A stretch of DNA of 64,000 nt. It comes from Eledone cirrhosa (Eukaryota). The DNA is taken from NCBI GenBank assembly GCA_964016885.1, contig CAXHJY010000329.1:1-64000 (forward strand). The letters are read 5' to 3'. Of this stretch, positions 10,701-26,200 are shown piece after piece. Made by a program: the position numbers and the translations under genes. A model generated the notes under the pieces. That model made no database searches and was not told the origin of the DNA. It was given only the letters and a program-made list of their open reading frames with translations. Position 1 is the first letter of the stretch, and the number at the start of each line of letters is the position of its first letter.

Positions 10701-13700
10701 TTATACGCCCTGTTATTAGACTATAATATTGGCAGCATGGGTGGAGCATCAGGCACCAGAGTTATGGTTTATACGCCCTGTTATTAGACTATAATATTGG
10801 CAGCATGGGTGGAGCGTCAGACGACAGAGTTATGGTTTATACGCCTTGTTATTAGACTATAATATTGGCAGAATGGGTGGAGCGTCAGACAACAGAGTTA
10901 TGGTTTATACGCCCTGTTATTAGACTATAATATTGGCAGAATGGGTGGAGCGTCAGACACCAGAGTTATGGTTTATACGTCCGGTTATTAGACTATAATA
11001 TTGGCAGAATGGGTGGAGCGTCAGACACCAGAGTTATGGTTTATACGCCCTGTTATTAGACTATGATATTGGCAGAATGGGTGGAGCGTCAGACACCAGA
11101 GTTATGGTTTATACGCCCTGTTATTAGACTATAATATTGGCAGAATGGGTGGAGCGTCAGACAACAGAGTTATGGTTTATACGCCCTGTTATTAGACTAT
11201 AATATTGGCAGAATGGGTGGAGCGTCAGACACCAGAGTTATGGTTTACACGCCCTGTTATTAGACTATACTATTGGCAGAATGGGTGGAGCATCAGACAC
11301 CAGAGTTATGGTTTATACGCCCTGTTATTAGACTATAATATTGGCAGAATGGGTGGAGCATCAGACACCAGAGTTATGGTTTATTCGCCCTGTTATTATA
11401 CTATAATATTGGCAGAATGGGTGGAGCGTCAGACTCCAGAGTTATGGTTTATACGCCCTGTTATTAGACCATAATATTGGCAGAATGGGTGGAGCGTCAG
11501 ACACCAGATTTATGGTTTATACGCCCTGTTATTAGACTATAATATTGGCAGAATGGGTGGAGCGTCAGACACCAGAGTTATGGTTTATACGCCCTGTTAT
11601 TAGACTATAATATTGGCAGAATGGGTGGAGCATCAGACAACAGAGTTATGGTTTATACGCCCTGTTATTAGACTATCATATTGGCAGAATGGGTGGAGCG
11701 TCAGACAACAGAGTTATGGTTTATACGCCCTGTTATTAGACTATCATATTGGCAGAATGGGTGGAGCATCAGACAACAGAGTTATGGTTTATACGCCCTG
11801 TTATTAGACTATCATATTGGCAGAATGGGTGGAGCGTCAGACAACAGAGTTATGGTTTATGCGCCCTGTTATTAGACTATAATATTGGCAGAATGGGTGG
11901 AGCGTCAGACAACAGAGTTATGGTTTATACGCCCTGTTATTAGACTATCATATTGGCAGAATGGGTGGAGCGTCAGACAACAGAGTTATGGTTTATACGC
12001 CCTGTTATTAGACTATCATATTGGCAGAATGGGTGGAGCGTCAGACAACAGAGTTATGGTTTATGCGCCCTGTTATTAGACTATAATATTGGCAGAATGG
12101 GTGGAGCGTCAGACAACAGAGTTATGGTTTATACGCCCTGTTATTAGACTATAATATTGGCAGAATGGGTGGAGCATCAGACACCAGAGTTATGGTTTAT
12201 ACGCCCTGTTATTAGACTATAATATTGGCAGAATGGGTGGAGCATCAGACACCAGAGTTATGGTTTATACGCCCTGTTATTAGACTATAATATTGGCAGA
12301 ATGGGTGGAGCGTCAGACAACAGAGTTATGGTTTATACGCCCTGTTATTAGACTATAATATTGGCAGAATGGGTGGAGCGTCAGACAACAGAGTTATGGT
12401 TTATACGCCCTGTTATTAGACTATCATATTGGCAGAATGGGTGGAGCGTCAGACAACAGAGTTATGGTTTATACGCCCTGTTATTAGACTATAATATTGG
12501 CAGAATGGGTGGAGCATCAGACACCAGAGTTATGGTTTATACGCCCTGTTATTAGACTATAATATTGGCAGAATGGGTGGAGCGTCAGTCAACAGAGTTA
12601 TGGTTTATACGCCCTGTTATTAGACTATAATATTGGCAGAATGGGTGGAGCGTCAGACACCAGAGTTATGGTTTATACGCCCTGTTATTAGACTATAATA
12701 TTGGCAGAATGGGTGGAGCGTCAGACAACAGAGATATGGTTTATACGCCCTGTTATTAGACTATAATATTGGCAGAATGGGTGGAGCGTCAGACACCAGA
12801 GATATGGTTTATACGCCCTATTATTAGACTATAATATTGGCAGAATTGGTGGAGCGTCAGACAACAGAGTTATGGATTATACGCCCTGTTATTAGACTAT
12901 AATATTGGCAGAATGGGTGGAGCATCAGACACCAGAGTTATGGTTTATACGCCCTGTTATTAGACTATAATATTGGCAGAATGGGTGGAGCATCAGACAC
13001 CAGAGTTATGGTTTATAGGCCCTGTTATTTGACTATAATATTGGCAGAATGGGTGGAGCGTCAGACACCAGAGTTATGGTTTATACGCCCTGTTATTAGA
13101 CTATAATATTGGCAGAATGGGTGGAGCATCAGACACCAGAGTTATGGTTTATACGCCCTGTTATTAGACTATAATATTGGCAGAATGGATGGAGCGTCAG
13201 ACACCAGAGTTATGGTTTATATGCCCTGTTATTAGACTATAATATTGGCAGAATGGGTGGAGCGTCAGACACCAGAGTTATGGTTTATACGCCCTGTTAT
13301 TAGACTATAATATTGGCAGAATGGGTGGAGCGTCAGACAACAGAGTTATGGTTTATACGCCCTGTTATTAGACTATAATATTGGCAGAATGGGTGGAGCG
13401 TCAGACAACAGAGTTATGGTTTATACGCCCTGTTATTAGACTATAATATTGGCAGAATGGGTGGAGCGTCAGACAACAGAGTTATGGTTTATACGCCCTG
13501 TTACTAGACTATAATATTGGCAGAATGGGTGGAGCGTCAGACAACAGAGTTATGGTTTATACGCCCTGTTACTAGACTATAATATTGGCAGAATGGGTGG
13601 AGCGTCAGACAACAGAGTTATGGTTTATACGCCTTGTTATTAGACTATAATATTGGCAGAATGGGTGGAGCGTCAGACAACAGAGTTATGGTTTATACGC

Positions 13701-14299
13701 CCTGTTACTAGACTATAATATTGGCAGAATGGGTGGAGCGTCAGACAACAGAGTTATGGTTTATACGCCTTGTTATTAGACTATAATATTGGCAGAATGG
13801 GTGGAGCGTCAGACAACAGAGTTATGGTTTATACGCCCTGTTACTAGACTATAATATTGGCAGAATGGGTGGAGCGTCAGACAACAGAGTTATGGTTTAT
13901 ACGCCTTGTTATTAGACTATAATATTGGCAGAATGGGTGGAGCGTCAGACAACAGAGTTATGGTTTATACGTCCGGTTATTAGACTATAATATTGGCAGA
14001 ATGGGTGGAGCGTCAGACACCAGAGTTATGGTTTATACGCCCTGTTATTAGACTATAATATTGGCAGAATGTGTGGAGCATCAGGCACCAGAGTTATGAT
14101 TTATACGCCCTGTTATTAGACTATAATATTGGCAGAATGGGTGGAGCGTCAGACACCAGAGTTATGGTTTATACGCCCTGTTATTAGACTATAATATTGG
14201 CAGAATGGGTGGAGCGTCAGACAACAGAGTTATGGTTTATACGCCCTGTTATTAGACTATAATATCGGCAGAATGGGTGGAGCATCAGACACCAGAGTT

Positions 14300-17200
14300 A
14301 TGGTTTATACGCCCTGTTATTAGACTATAATATTGGCAGAATGGGTGGAGCGTCAGACAATAGAGTTATGGTTTATACGCCCTGTTATTAGACTATAATA
14401 TTGGCAGAATGGGTGGAGCGTCAGACACCAGTGTTATGGTTTATACGCCCTGTTATTAGACTATAATATTGGCAGAATGGGTGGAGCGTCAGACAATAGA
14501 GTTATAGTTTATACGCCCTGTTATTAGGCTATAACATTGGCAGAATGGGTGGAGCGTCAGACACCAGATTTATGGTTTATACGCCCAGTTATTAGACTAT
14601 AATATTGGCAGAATGGGTGGAGCGTCAGACAACAGAGTTATAGTTTATACGCCCTGTTATTAGACTATAATATTGGCAGAATGGGTGGAGCGTCAGACAA
14701 CAGAGTTATAGTTTATACGCCCAGTTATTAGACTATAATATTGGCAGAATCTGTGGAGCGTCAGACCAGAGAGTTATGGTTTATACGCCCTGTTATTAGA
14801 CTATAATATTGGCAGAATGGGTGGAGCGTCGGACAACAGAGTTATGGTTTATACGCCCTGTTATTAGACTATACTATTGGCAGAATGGGTGGAGCGTCAG
14901 ACAACAGAGTTATGGTTTATACGCCCTGTTATTAGACTATAATATTGGCAGAATGGGTGGAGTGTCAGACAACAGAGTTATGGTTTATACGCCCTGTTAT
15001 TAGACTATAATATTGGCAGAATGGGTGGAGCGTCAAACAACAGAATTATGGTTTATACGCCCTGTTATTAGACTATAATATTGGCAGAATGGGTGGAGCG
15101 GCAGACAACAGAGATATGGTTTATACGCCCTGCTATTAGACTATAATATTGGCAGAATCTGTGGAGCGTCAGACAATAGTGTTATGGTTTATACGGCCTG
15201 TTATTATACTATAATATTGGCAGAATGGGTGGAGCGTCAGACACCAGAGTTATGGTTTATACGCCCTGTTATTAGACTATCATATTGGCAGAATGGGTGG
15301 AGCGTCAGACAACAGAGTTATGGTTTATACGCCCTGTTATTAGACTATAATATTGGCAGAATGGGTGGAGCGTCAGACACCAGAGATATGGTTTATACGC
15401 CCTATTATTAGACTATAATATTGGCAGAATTGGTGGAGCGTCAGACAACAGAGTTATGGATTATACGCCCTGTTATTAGACTATAATATTGGCAGAATGG
15501 GTGGAGCATCAGACACCAGAGTTATGGTTTATACGCCCTGTTATTAGACTATAATATTGGCAGAATGGGTGGAGCATCAGACACCAGAGTTATGGTTTAT
15601 AGGCCCTGTTATTAGACTATAATATTGGCAGAATGGGTGGAGCGTCAGACACCAGAGTTATGGTTTATACGCCCTGTTATTAGACTATAATATTGGCAGA
15701 ATGGGTGGAGCGTCAGACAACAGAGTTATGGTTTATACGTCCGGTTATTAGACTATAATATTGGCAGAATGGGTGGAGCGTCAGACACCAGAGTTATGGT
15801 TTATACGCCCTGTTATTAGACTATAATATTGGCAGAATGGGTGGAGCGTCAGACACCAGAGTTATGGTTTATACGCCCTGTTATTAGACTATAATATTGG
15901 CAGAATGGGTGGAGCGTCAGACAACAGAGTTATGGTTTATACGCCCTGTTATTAGACTATAATATTGGCAGAATGGGTGGAGCGTCAGACAACAGAGTTA
16001 TGGTTTATACGCCCTGTTATTAGACTATAATATTGGCAGAATGGGTGGAGCGTCAGACAACAGAGTTATGGTTTATACGCTCTGTTATCAGACTATAATA
16101 TTGGCAGAATGGGTGGAGCGTCAGACACCAGAGTTATGGTTTATATGCCCTGTTATTAGACTATAAGATTGGCAGAATGGGTGGAGCGTCAGACAACAGA
16201 GTTATGGTTTATGCGCCCTGTTATTAGACTATAATATTGGCAGAATGGTTGGAGCGTCAGACAACAGAGTTATGGTTTATACGCCCTGTTATTAGACTAT
16301 AATATTGGCAGCATGGGTGGAGCGTCAGACAACAGAGTTATGGTTTATACGCCCTGTTATTAGACTATAATATTGGCAGAATGGGTGGAGCGTCAGACGA
16401 CAGAGTTATGGTTTATACGCCTTGTTATTAGACTATAATATTGGCAGAATGTGTGGAGCGTCAGACAACAGAGTTATGGTTTATACGCCCTGTTATTAGA
16501 CTATAATATTGGCAGAATGGGTGGAGCGTCAGACAACAGACTTATGGTTTATACGCCCTGTTATTAGACAATAATATTGGCAGAATGGGTGGAGCGTCAG
16601 ACAACAGAGTTATGGTTTATACGCCCTGTTATTAGACTATAGTATTGGCAGAATGGGTGGAGCGTCAGACAACAGAGTTATGGTTTATACGCCCTGTTAT
16701 TAGACTATAATATTGGCAGAATGGGTGGAGCGTCAGACACCAGAGTTATGGTTTATACGTCCGGTTATTAGACTATAATATTGGCAGAATGGGTGGAGCG
16801 TCAGACACCAGAGTTATGGTTTATACGCCCTGTTATTAGACTATAATATTGGCAGAATGGGTGGAGCGTCAGACACCAGAGTTATGGTTTACACGCCCTG
16901 TTATTAGACTATACTATTGGCAGAATGGGTGGAGCATCAGACACCAGAGTTATGGTTTATACGCCCTGTTATTAGACTATAATATTGGCAGAATGGGTGG
17001 AGCATCAGACACCAGAGTTATGGTTTATACGCCCTGTTATTATACTATAATATTGGCAGAATGGGTGGAGCGTCAGACTCCAGAGTTATGGTTTATACGC
17101 CCTGTTATTAGACTATAATATTGGCAGAATGGGTGGAGCGTCAGACACCAGATTTATGGTTTATACGCCCTGTTATTAGACTATAATATTGGCAGAATGG

Positions 17201-20200
17201 GTGGAGCGTCAGACACCAGAGTTATGGTTTATGCGCCCTGTTATTAGACTATAATATTGGCAGAATGGGTGGAGCGTCAGACACCAGAGTTATGGTTTAT
17301 ACGCCCTGTTATTAGACTATAATATTGGCAGAATGGGTGGAGCGTCAGACAACAGAGTTATGGTTTATACGCCCTGTTATTAGACTATAATATTGGCAGA
17401 ATGGGTGGAGCATCAGACACCAGAGTTATGGTTTATACGCCCTGTTATTAGACTATAATATTGGCAGAATGGGTGGAGCATCAGACACCAGAGTTATGGT
17501 TTATACGCCCTGTTATTAGACTATAATATTGGCAGAATGGGTGGAGCGTCAGACAACAGAGTTATGGTTTATACGCCCTGTTATTAGACTATAATATTGG
17601 CAGAATGGGTGGAGCGTCAGACAACAGAGTTATGGTTTATACGCCCTGTTATTAGACTATCATATTGGCAGAATGGATGGAGCGTCAGACAACAGAGTTA
17701 TGGTTTATACGCCCTGTTATTAGACTATAATATTGGCAGAATGGGTGGAGCGTCAGACACCAGAGTTATGGTTTATACGCCCTGTTATTAGACTATAATA
17801 TTGGCAGAATGGGTGGAGCGTCAGACAACAGAGTTATGGTTTATACGCCCTGTTATTAGACTATAATATTGGCAGAATGGGTGGAGCGTCAGACAACAGA
17901 GTTATGGTTTATACGCCCTGTTATTAGACTATAATATTGGCAGAATGGGTGGAGCGTCAGACAACAGAGTTATGGTTTATACGCTTTGTTATCAGACTAT
18001 AATATTGGCAGAGTGGGTGGAGCGTCAGACACCAGAGTTATGGTTTATACGCCCTGTTATTAGACTATAATATTGGCAGAATGGGTGGAGCGTCAGACAA
18101 CAGAGTTATGGTTTATACGCCCTGTTATTAGACAATAATATTGGCAGAATGGGTGGAGCGTCAGACAACAGAGTTATGGTTTATACGCCCTGTTATTAGA
18201 CTATAGTATTGGCAGAATGGGTGGAGCGTCAGACAACAGAGTTATGGTTTATACGCCCTGTTATTAGACTATAATATTGGCAGAATGGGTGGAGCGTCAG
18301 ACACCAGAGTTATGGTTTATACGCCCTGTTATTAGACTATAATATTGGCAGAATGGGTGGAGCATCAGACACCAGAGTTATGGTTTATACGCCCTGTTAT
18401 TAGACTATAATATTGGCAGAATGGGTGGAGCATCAGACACCAGAGTTATGGTTTATACGCCCTGTTATTAGACTATAATATTGGCAGAATGGGTGGAGCG
18501 TCAGACAACAGAGTTATGGTTTGTACGCCCTGTTATTAGACTATAATATTGGCAGAATGGGTGGAGCATCAGGCACCAGAGTTATGATTTATACGCCCTG
18601 TTACTAGACTATAATATTGGCAGAATGGGTGGAGCGTCAGACAACAGAGTTATGGTTTATACGTCCGGTTATTAGACTATAATATTGGCAGAATGGGTGG
18701 AGCGTCAGACACCAGAGTTATGGTTTATACGCCCTGTTATTAGACTATAATATTGGCAGAATGGGTGGAGCGTCAGACACCAGAGTTATGGTTTATACGC
18801 CCTGTTATTAGACTATAATATTGACAGAATGGGTGGAGCATCAGTCACCAGAGTTATGGTTTATACGCCCTGTTATTAGACTATAATATTGGCAGAATGG
18901 GTGGAGCGTCAGACACCAGAGTTATGGTTTATACGCCCTGTTATTAGACTATAATATTGGCAGAATGGGTGGAGCATCAGACACCAGAGTTATGGTTTAT
19001 ACGCCCTGTTATTAGACTATAATATTGGCAGAATGGGTGGAGCATCAGACACCAGAGTCATGGTTTATACGCCCTGTTATTAGACTATCATATTGGCAGA
19101 AAGGGTGGAGCGTCAGACAACAGAGTTATGGTTTATGCGCCCTGTTATTAGACTATAATATTGGCAGAATGGGTGGACCGTCAGACACCAGAGATATGGT
19201 TTATACGCCCTGTTATTAGACTATAATATTGGCAGAATCAGTGGAGCGTCAGACACCAGAGTTATGGTTTATACGCCCTGTTATTAGACTATAATATTGG
19301 CAGAATGGGTGGAGCATCAGACACCAGAGTTATGCTTTATACGCCCTGTTATTAGACTATAATATTGGCAGAATGGGTGGAGCGTCAGTCAACAGAGTTA
19401 TGGTTTATACGCCCTGTTATTAGACTATAATATTGGCAGAATGGGTGGAGCGTCAGACACCAGAGTTATGGTTTATACGCCCTGTTATTAGACTATAATA
19501 TTGGCAGAATGGGTGGAGCGTCAGACAACAGAGTTATGGTTTATACGCCCTGTTATTAGACTATAATATTGGCAGAATGGGTGGAGCGTCAGACAACAGA
19601 GTTATGGTTTATACGCACTGTTATTAGACTATAATATTGGCAGAATGGGTGGAGCGTCAGACACCAGAGTTATGGTTTATACGCCCTGTTATTAGACTAT
19701 AATATTGGCAGAATGGGTGGAGCGTCAGACAACAGAGTTATGGTTTATACGCCCTGTTATTAGACTATAATATTGGCAGAATGGGTGGAGCATCAGGCAC
19801 CAGAGTTATGGTTTATGCGCCCTGTTATTAGACTATAATATTGGCAGAATGGGAGGAGCGTCAGACAACAGAGTTATGGTTTATACGCCCTGTTATTAGA
19901 CTATAATATTGGCAGAATGGGTGGAGCGTCAGACAACAGAGTTATGGTTTATACGCCCTGTTATTAGACTATAATATTGGCAGAATGGTTGGAGCATCAG
20001 ACACCAGAGTTATGGTTTATACGCCCTGTTATTAGACTATAATATTGGCAGAATGGGTGGAGCGTCAGACACCAGAGTTATGGTTTATACGCCCTGTTAT
20101 TAGACTATAATATTGGCAGAATGGGTGGAGCATCAGACACCAGAGTTATGGTTTATACGCCCTGTTATTAGACTATAATATTGGCAGAATGGGTGGAGCA

Positions 20201-23200
20201 TCAGACACCAGAGTTATGGTTTATACGCCCTGTTATTAGACTATAATATTGGCAGAATGGGTGGAGCGTCAGACAACAGAGTTATGGTTTGTACGCCCTG
20301 TTATTAGACTATAATATTGGCAGAATGGGTGGAGCATCAGGCACCAGAGTTATGATTTATACGCCCTGTTACTAGACTATAATATTGGCAGAATGGGTGG
20401 AGCGTCAGACAACAGAGTTATGGTTTATACGTCCGGTTATTAGACTATAATATTGGCAGAATGGGTGGAGCGTCAGACACCAGAGTTATGGTTTATACGC
20501 CCTGTTATTAGACTATAATATTGGCAGAATGGGTGGAGCGTCAGACACCAGAGTTATGGTTTATACGCCCTGTTATTAGACTATAATATTGACAGAATGG
20601 GTGGAGCATCAGACACCAGAGTTATGGTTTATACGCCCTGTTATTAGACTATAATATTGGCAGAATGGGTGGAGCGTCAGACAATAGAGTTATGGTTTAT
20701 ACGCCCTGTTATTAGACTATAATATTGGCAGAATGGGTGGAGCGTCAGACACCAGTGTTATGGTTTATACGCCCTGTTATTAGACTATAATATTGGCAGA
20801 ATGGGTGGAGCGTCAGACAATAGAGTTATAGTTTATACGCCCTGTTATTAGGCTATAACATTGGCAGAATGGGTGGAGCGTCAGACACCAGATTTATGGT
20901 TTATACGCCCAGTTATTAGACTATAATATTGGCAGAATGGGTGGAGCGTCAGACAACAGAGTTATAATTTATACGCCCTGTTATTAGACTATAATATTGG
21001 CAGAATGGGTGGAGCGTCAGACAACAGAGTTATAGTTTATACGCCCAGTTATTAGACTATAATATTGGCAGAATCTGTGGAGCGTCAGACCAGAGAGTTA
21101 TGGTTTATACGCCCTGTTATTAGACTATAATATTGGCAGAATGGGTGGAGCGTCGGACAACAGAGTTATGGTTTATACGCCCTGTTATTAGACTATACTA
21201 TTGGCAGAATGGGTGGAGCGTCAGACAACAGAGTTATGGTTTATACGCCCTGTTATTAGACTATAATATTGGCAGAATGGGTGGAGTGTCAGACAACAGA
21301 GTTATGTTTTATACGCCCTGTTATTAGACTATAATATTGGCAGAATGGGTGGAGCGTCAAACAACAGAATTATGGTTTATACGCCCTGTTATTAGACTAT
21401 AATATTGGCAGAATGGGTGGAGCGGCAGACAACAGAGATATGGTTTATACGCCCTGCTATTAGACTATAATATTGGCAGAATCTGTGGAGCGTCAGACAA
21501 TAGAGTTATGGTTTATACGGCCTGTTATTATACTATAATATTGGCAGAATGGGTGGAGCGTCAGACACCAGAGTTATGGTTTATACGCCCTGTTATTAGA
21601 CTATAATATTGGCAGAATGGGTGGAGCGTCAGACACCAGAGTCATGGTTTATACGCCCTGTTATTAGACTATCATATTGGCAGAAAGGGTGGAGCGTCAG
21701 ACAACAGAGTTATGGTTTATGCGCCCTGTTATTAGACTATAATATTGGCAGAATGGGTGGAGCGTCAGACACCAGAGATATGGTTTATACGCCCTGTTAT
21801 TAGACTATAATATTGGCAGAATCAGTGGAGCGTCAGACACCAAAGTTATGGTTTATACGCCCTGTTATTAGACTATAATATTGGCAGAATGGGTGGAGCA
21901 TCAGACACCAGAGTTATGGTTTATACGCCCTGTTATTAGACTATAATATTGGCAGAATGGGTGGAGCGTCAGTCAACAGAGTTATGGTTTATACGCCCTG
22001 TTATTAGACTATAATATTGGCAGAATGGGTGGAGCGTCAGACACCAGAGTTATGGTTTATACGCCCTGTTATTAGACTATAATATTGGCAGAATGGGTGG
22101 AGCGTCAGACAACAGAGTTATGGTTTATACGCCCTGTTATTAGACTATAATATTGGCAGAATGGGTGGAGCGTCAGACAACAGAGTTATGGTTTATACGC
22201 CCTGTTATTAGACTATAATATTGGCAGAATGGGTGGAGCGTCAGACACCAGAGATATGGTTTATACGCCCTATTATTAGACTATAATATTGGCAGAATTG
22301 GTGGAGCGTCAGACAACAGAGTTATGGATTATACGCCCTGTTATTAGACTATAATATTGGCAGAATGGGTGGAGCATCAGACACCAGAGTTATGGTTTAT
22401 ACGCCCTGTTATTAGACTATAATATTGGCAGAATGGGTGGAGCATCAGACACCAGAGTTATGGTTTATAGGCCCTGTTATTAGACTATAATATTGGCAGA
22501 ATGGGTGGAGCGTCAGACACCAGAGTTATGGTTTATACGCCCTGTTATTAGACTATAATATTGGCAGAATGGGTGGAGCGTCAGACAACAGAGTTATGGT
22601 TTATACGTCCGGTTATTAGACTATAATATTGGCAGAATGGGTGGAGCGTCAGACACCAGAGTTATGGTTTATACGCCCTGTTATTAGACTATAATATTGG
22701 CAGAATGGGTGGAGCGTCAGACACCAGAGTTATGGTTTATACGCCCTGTTATTAGACTATAATATTGGCAGAATGGGTGGAGCGTCAGACAACAGAGTTA
22801 TGGTTTATACGCCCTGTTATTAGACTATAATATTGGCAGAATGGGTGGAGCGTCAGACAACAGAGTTATGGTTTATACGCCCTGTTATTAGACTATAATA
22901 TTGGCAGAATGGGTGGAGCGTCAGACAACAGAGTTATGGTTTATACGCTCTGTTATCAGACTATAATATTGGCAGAATGGGTGGAGCGTCAGACACCAGA
23001 GTTATGGTTTATATGCCCTGTTATTAGACTATAAGATTGGCAGAATGGGTGGAGCGTCAGACAACAGAGTTATGGTTTATGCGCCCTGTTATTAGACTAT
23101 AATATTGGCAGAATGGTTGGAGCGTCAGACAACAGAGTTATGGTTTATACGCCCTGTTATTAGACTATAATATTGGCAGCATGGGTGGAGCGTCAGACAA

Positions 23201-26200
23201 CAGAGTTATGGTTTATACGCCCTGTTATTAGACTATAATATTGGCAGAATGGGTGGAGCGTCAGACGACAGAGTTATGGTTTATACGCCTTGTTATTAGA
23301 CTATAATATTGGCAGAATGTGTGGAGCGTCAGACAACAGAGTTATGGTTTATACGCCCTGTTATTAGACTATAATATTGGCAGAATGGGTGGAGCGTCAG
23401 ACAACAGACTTATGGTTTATACGCCCTGTTATTAGACAATAATATTGGCAGAATGGGTGGAGCGTCAGACAACAGAGTTATGGTTTATACGCCCTGTTAT
23501 TAGACTATAGTATTGGCAGAATGGGTGGAGCGTCAGACAACAGAGTTATGGTTTATACGCCCTGTTATTAGACTATAATATTGGCAGAATGGGTGGAGCG
23601 TCAGACACCAGAGTTATGGTTTATACGTCCGGTTATTAGACTATAATATTGGCAGAATGGGTGGAGCGTCAGACACCAGAGTTATGGTTTATACGCCCTG
23701 TTATTAGACTATAATATTGGCAGAATGGGTGGAGCGTCAGACACCAGAGTTATGGTTTACACGCCCTGTTATTAGACTATACTATTGGCAGAATGGGTGG
23801 AGCATCAGACACCAGAGTTATGGTTTATACGCCCTGTTATTAGACTATAATATTGGCAGAATGGGTGGAGCATCAGACACCAGAGTTATGGTTTATACGC
23901 CCTGTTATTATACTATAATATTGGCAGAATGGGTGGAGCGTCAGACTCCAGAGTTATGGTTTATACGCCCTGTTATTAGACTATAATATTGGCAGAATGG
24001 GTGGAGCGTCAGACACCAGATTTATGGTTTATACGCCCTGTTATTAGACTATAATATTGGCAGAATGGGTGGAGCGTCAGACACCAGAGTTATGGTTTAT
24101 GCGCCCTGTTATTAGACTATAATATTGGCAGAATGGGTGGAGCGTCAGACACCAGAGTTATGGTTTATACGCCCTGTTATTAGACTATAATATTGGCAGA
24201 ATGGGTGGAGCGTCAGACAACAGAGTTATGGTTTATACGCCCTGTTATTAGACTATAATATTGGCAGAATGGGTGGAGCATCAGACACCAGAGTTATGGT
24301 TTATACGCCCTGTTATTAGACTATAATATTGGCAGAATGGGTGGAGCATCAGACACCAGAGTTATGGTTTATACGCCCTGTTATTAGACTATAATATTGG
24401 CAGAATGGGTGGAGCGTCAGACAACAGAGTTATGGTTTATACGCCCTGTTATTAGACTATAATATTGGCAGAATGGGTGGAGCGTCAGACAACAGAGTTA
24501 TGGTTTATACGCCCTGTTATTAGACTATCATATTGGCAGAATGGGTGGAGCGTCAGACAACAGAGTTATGGTTTATACGCCCTGTTATTAGACTATAATA
24601 TTGGCAGAATGGGTGGAGCGTCAGACACCAGAGTTATGGTTTATACGCCCTGTTATTAGACTATAATATTGGCAGAATGGGTGGAGCGTCAGACAACAGA
24701 GTTATGGTTTATACGCCCTGTTATTAGACTATAATATTGGCAGAATGGGTGGAGCGTCAGACAACAGAGTTATGGTTTATACGCCCTGTTATTAGACTAT
24801 AATATTGGCAGAATGGGTGGAGCGTCAGACAACAGAGTTATGGTTTATACGCTTTGTTATCAGACTATAATATTGGCAGAGTGGGTGGAGCGTCAGACAC
24901 CAGAGTTATGGTTTATACGCCCTGTTATTAGACTATAATATTGGCAGAATGGGTGGAGCGTCAGACAACAGAGTTATGGTTTATACGCCCTGTTATTAGA
25001 CAATAATATTGGCAGAATGGGTGGAGCGTCAGACAACAGAGTTATGGTTTATACGCCCTGTTATTAGACTATAGTATTGGCAGAATGGGTGGAGCGTCAG
25101 ACAACAGAGTTATGGTTTATACGCCCTGTTATTAGACTATAATATTGGCAGAATGGGTGGAGCGTCAGACACCAGAGTTATGGTTTATACGCCCTGTTAT
25201 TAGACTATAATATTGGCAGAATGGGTGGAGCATCAGACACCAGAGTTATGGTTTATACGCCCTGTTATTAGACTATAATATTGGCAGAATGGGTGGAGCA
25301 TCAGACACCAGAGTTATGGTTTATACGCCCTGTTATTAGACTATAATATTGGCAGAATGGGTGGAGCGTCAGACAACAGAGTTATGGTTTGTACGCCCTG
25401 TTATTAGACTATAATATTGGCAGAATGGGTGGAGCATCAGGCACCAGAGTTATGATTTATACGCCCTGTTACTAGACTATAATATTGGCAGAATGGGTGG
25501 AGCGTCAGACAACAGAGTTATGGTTTATACGTCCGGTTATTAGACTATAATATTGGCAGAATGGGTGGAGCGTCAGACACCAGAGTTATGGTTTATACGC
25601 CCTGTTATTAGACTATAATATTGGCAGAATGGGTGGAGCGTCAGACACCAGAGTTATGGTTTATACGCCCTGTTATTAGACTATAATATTGACAGAATGG
25701 GTGGAGCATCAGTCACCAGAGTTATGGTTTATACGCCCTGTTATTAGACTATAATATTGGCAGAATGGGTGGAGCGTCAGACACCAGAGTTATGGTTTAT
25801 ACGCCCTGTTATTAGACTATAATATTGGCAGAATGGGTGGAGCATCAGACACCAGAGTTATGGTTTATACGCCCTGTTATTAGACTATAATATTGGCAGA
25901 ATGGGTGGAGCATCAGACACCAGAGTCATGGTTTATACGCCCTGTTATTAGACTATAATATTGGCAGAATGGGTGGAGCGTCAGACAATAGAGTTATAGT
26001 TTATACGCCCTGTTATTAGGCTATAACATTGGCAGAATGGGTGGAGCGTCAGACACCAGATTTATGGTTTATACGCCCAGTTATTAGACTATAATATTGG
26101 CAGAATGGGTGGAGCGTCAGACAACAGAGTTATAATTTATACGCCCTGTTATTAGACTATAATATTGGCAGAATGGGTGGAGCGTCAGACAACAGAGTTA

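Noticed and set aside
18814-18890. Bacterial sigma70 elements TATAAT (most monomers) and TTGACA (variant units)
   Set aside because: Spacing is wrong (TTGACA to the next TATAAT is 55 nt rather than ~17) and the DNA is eukaryotic.
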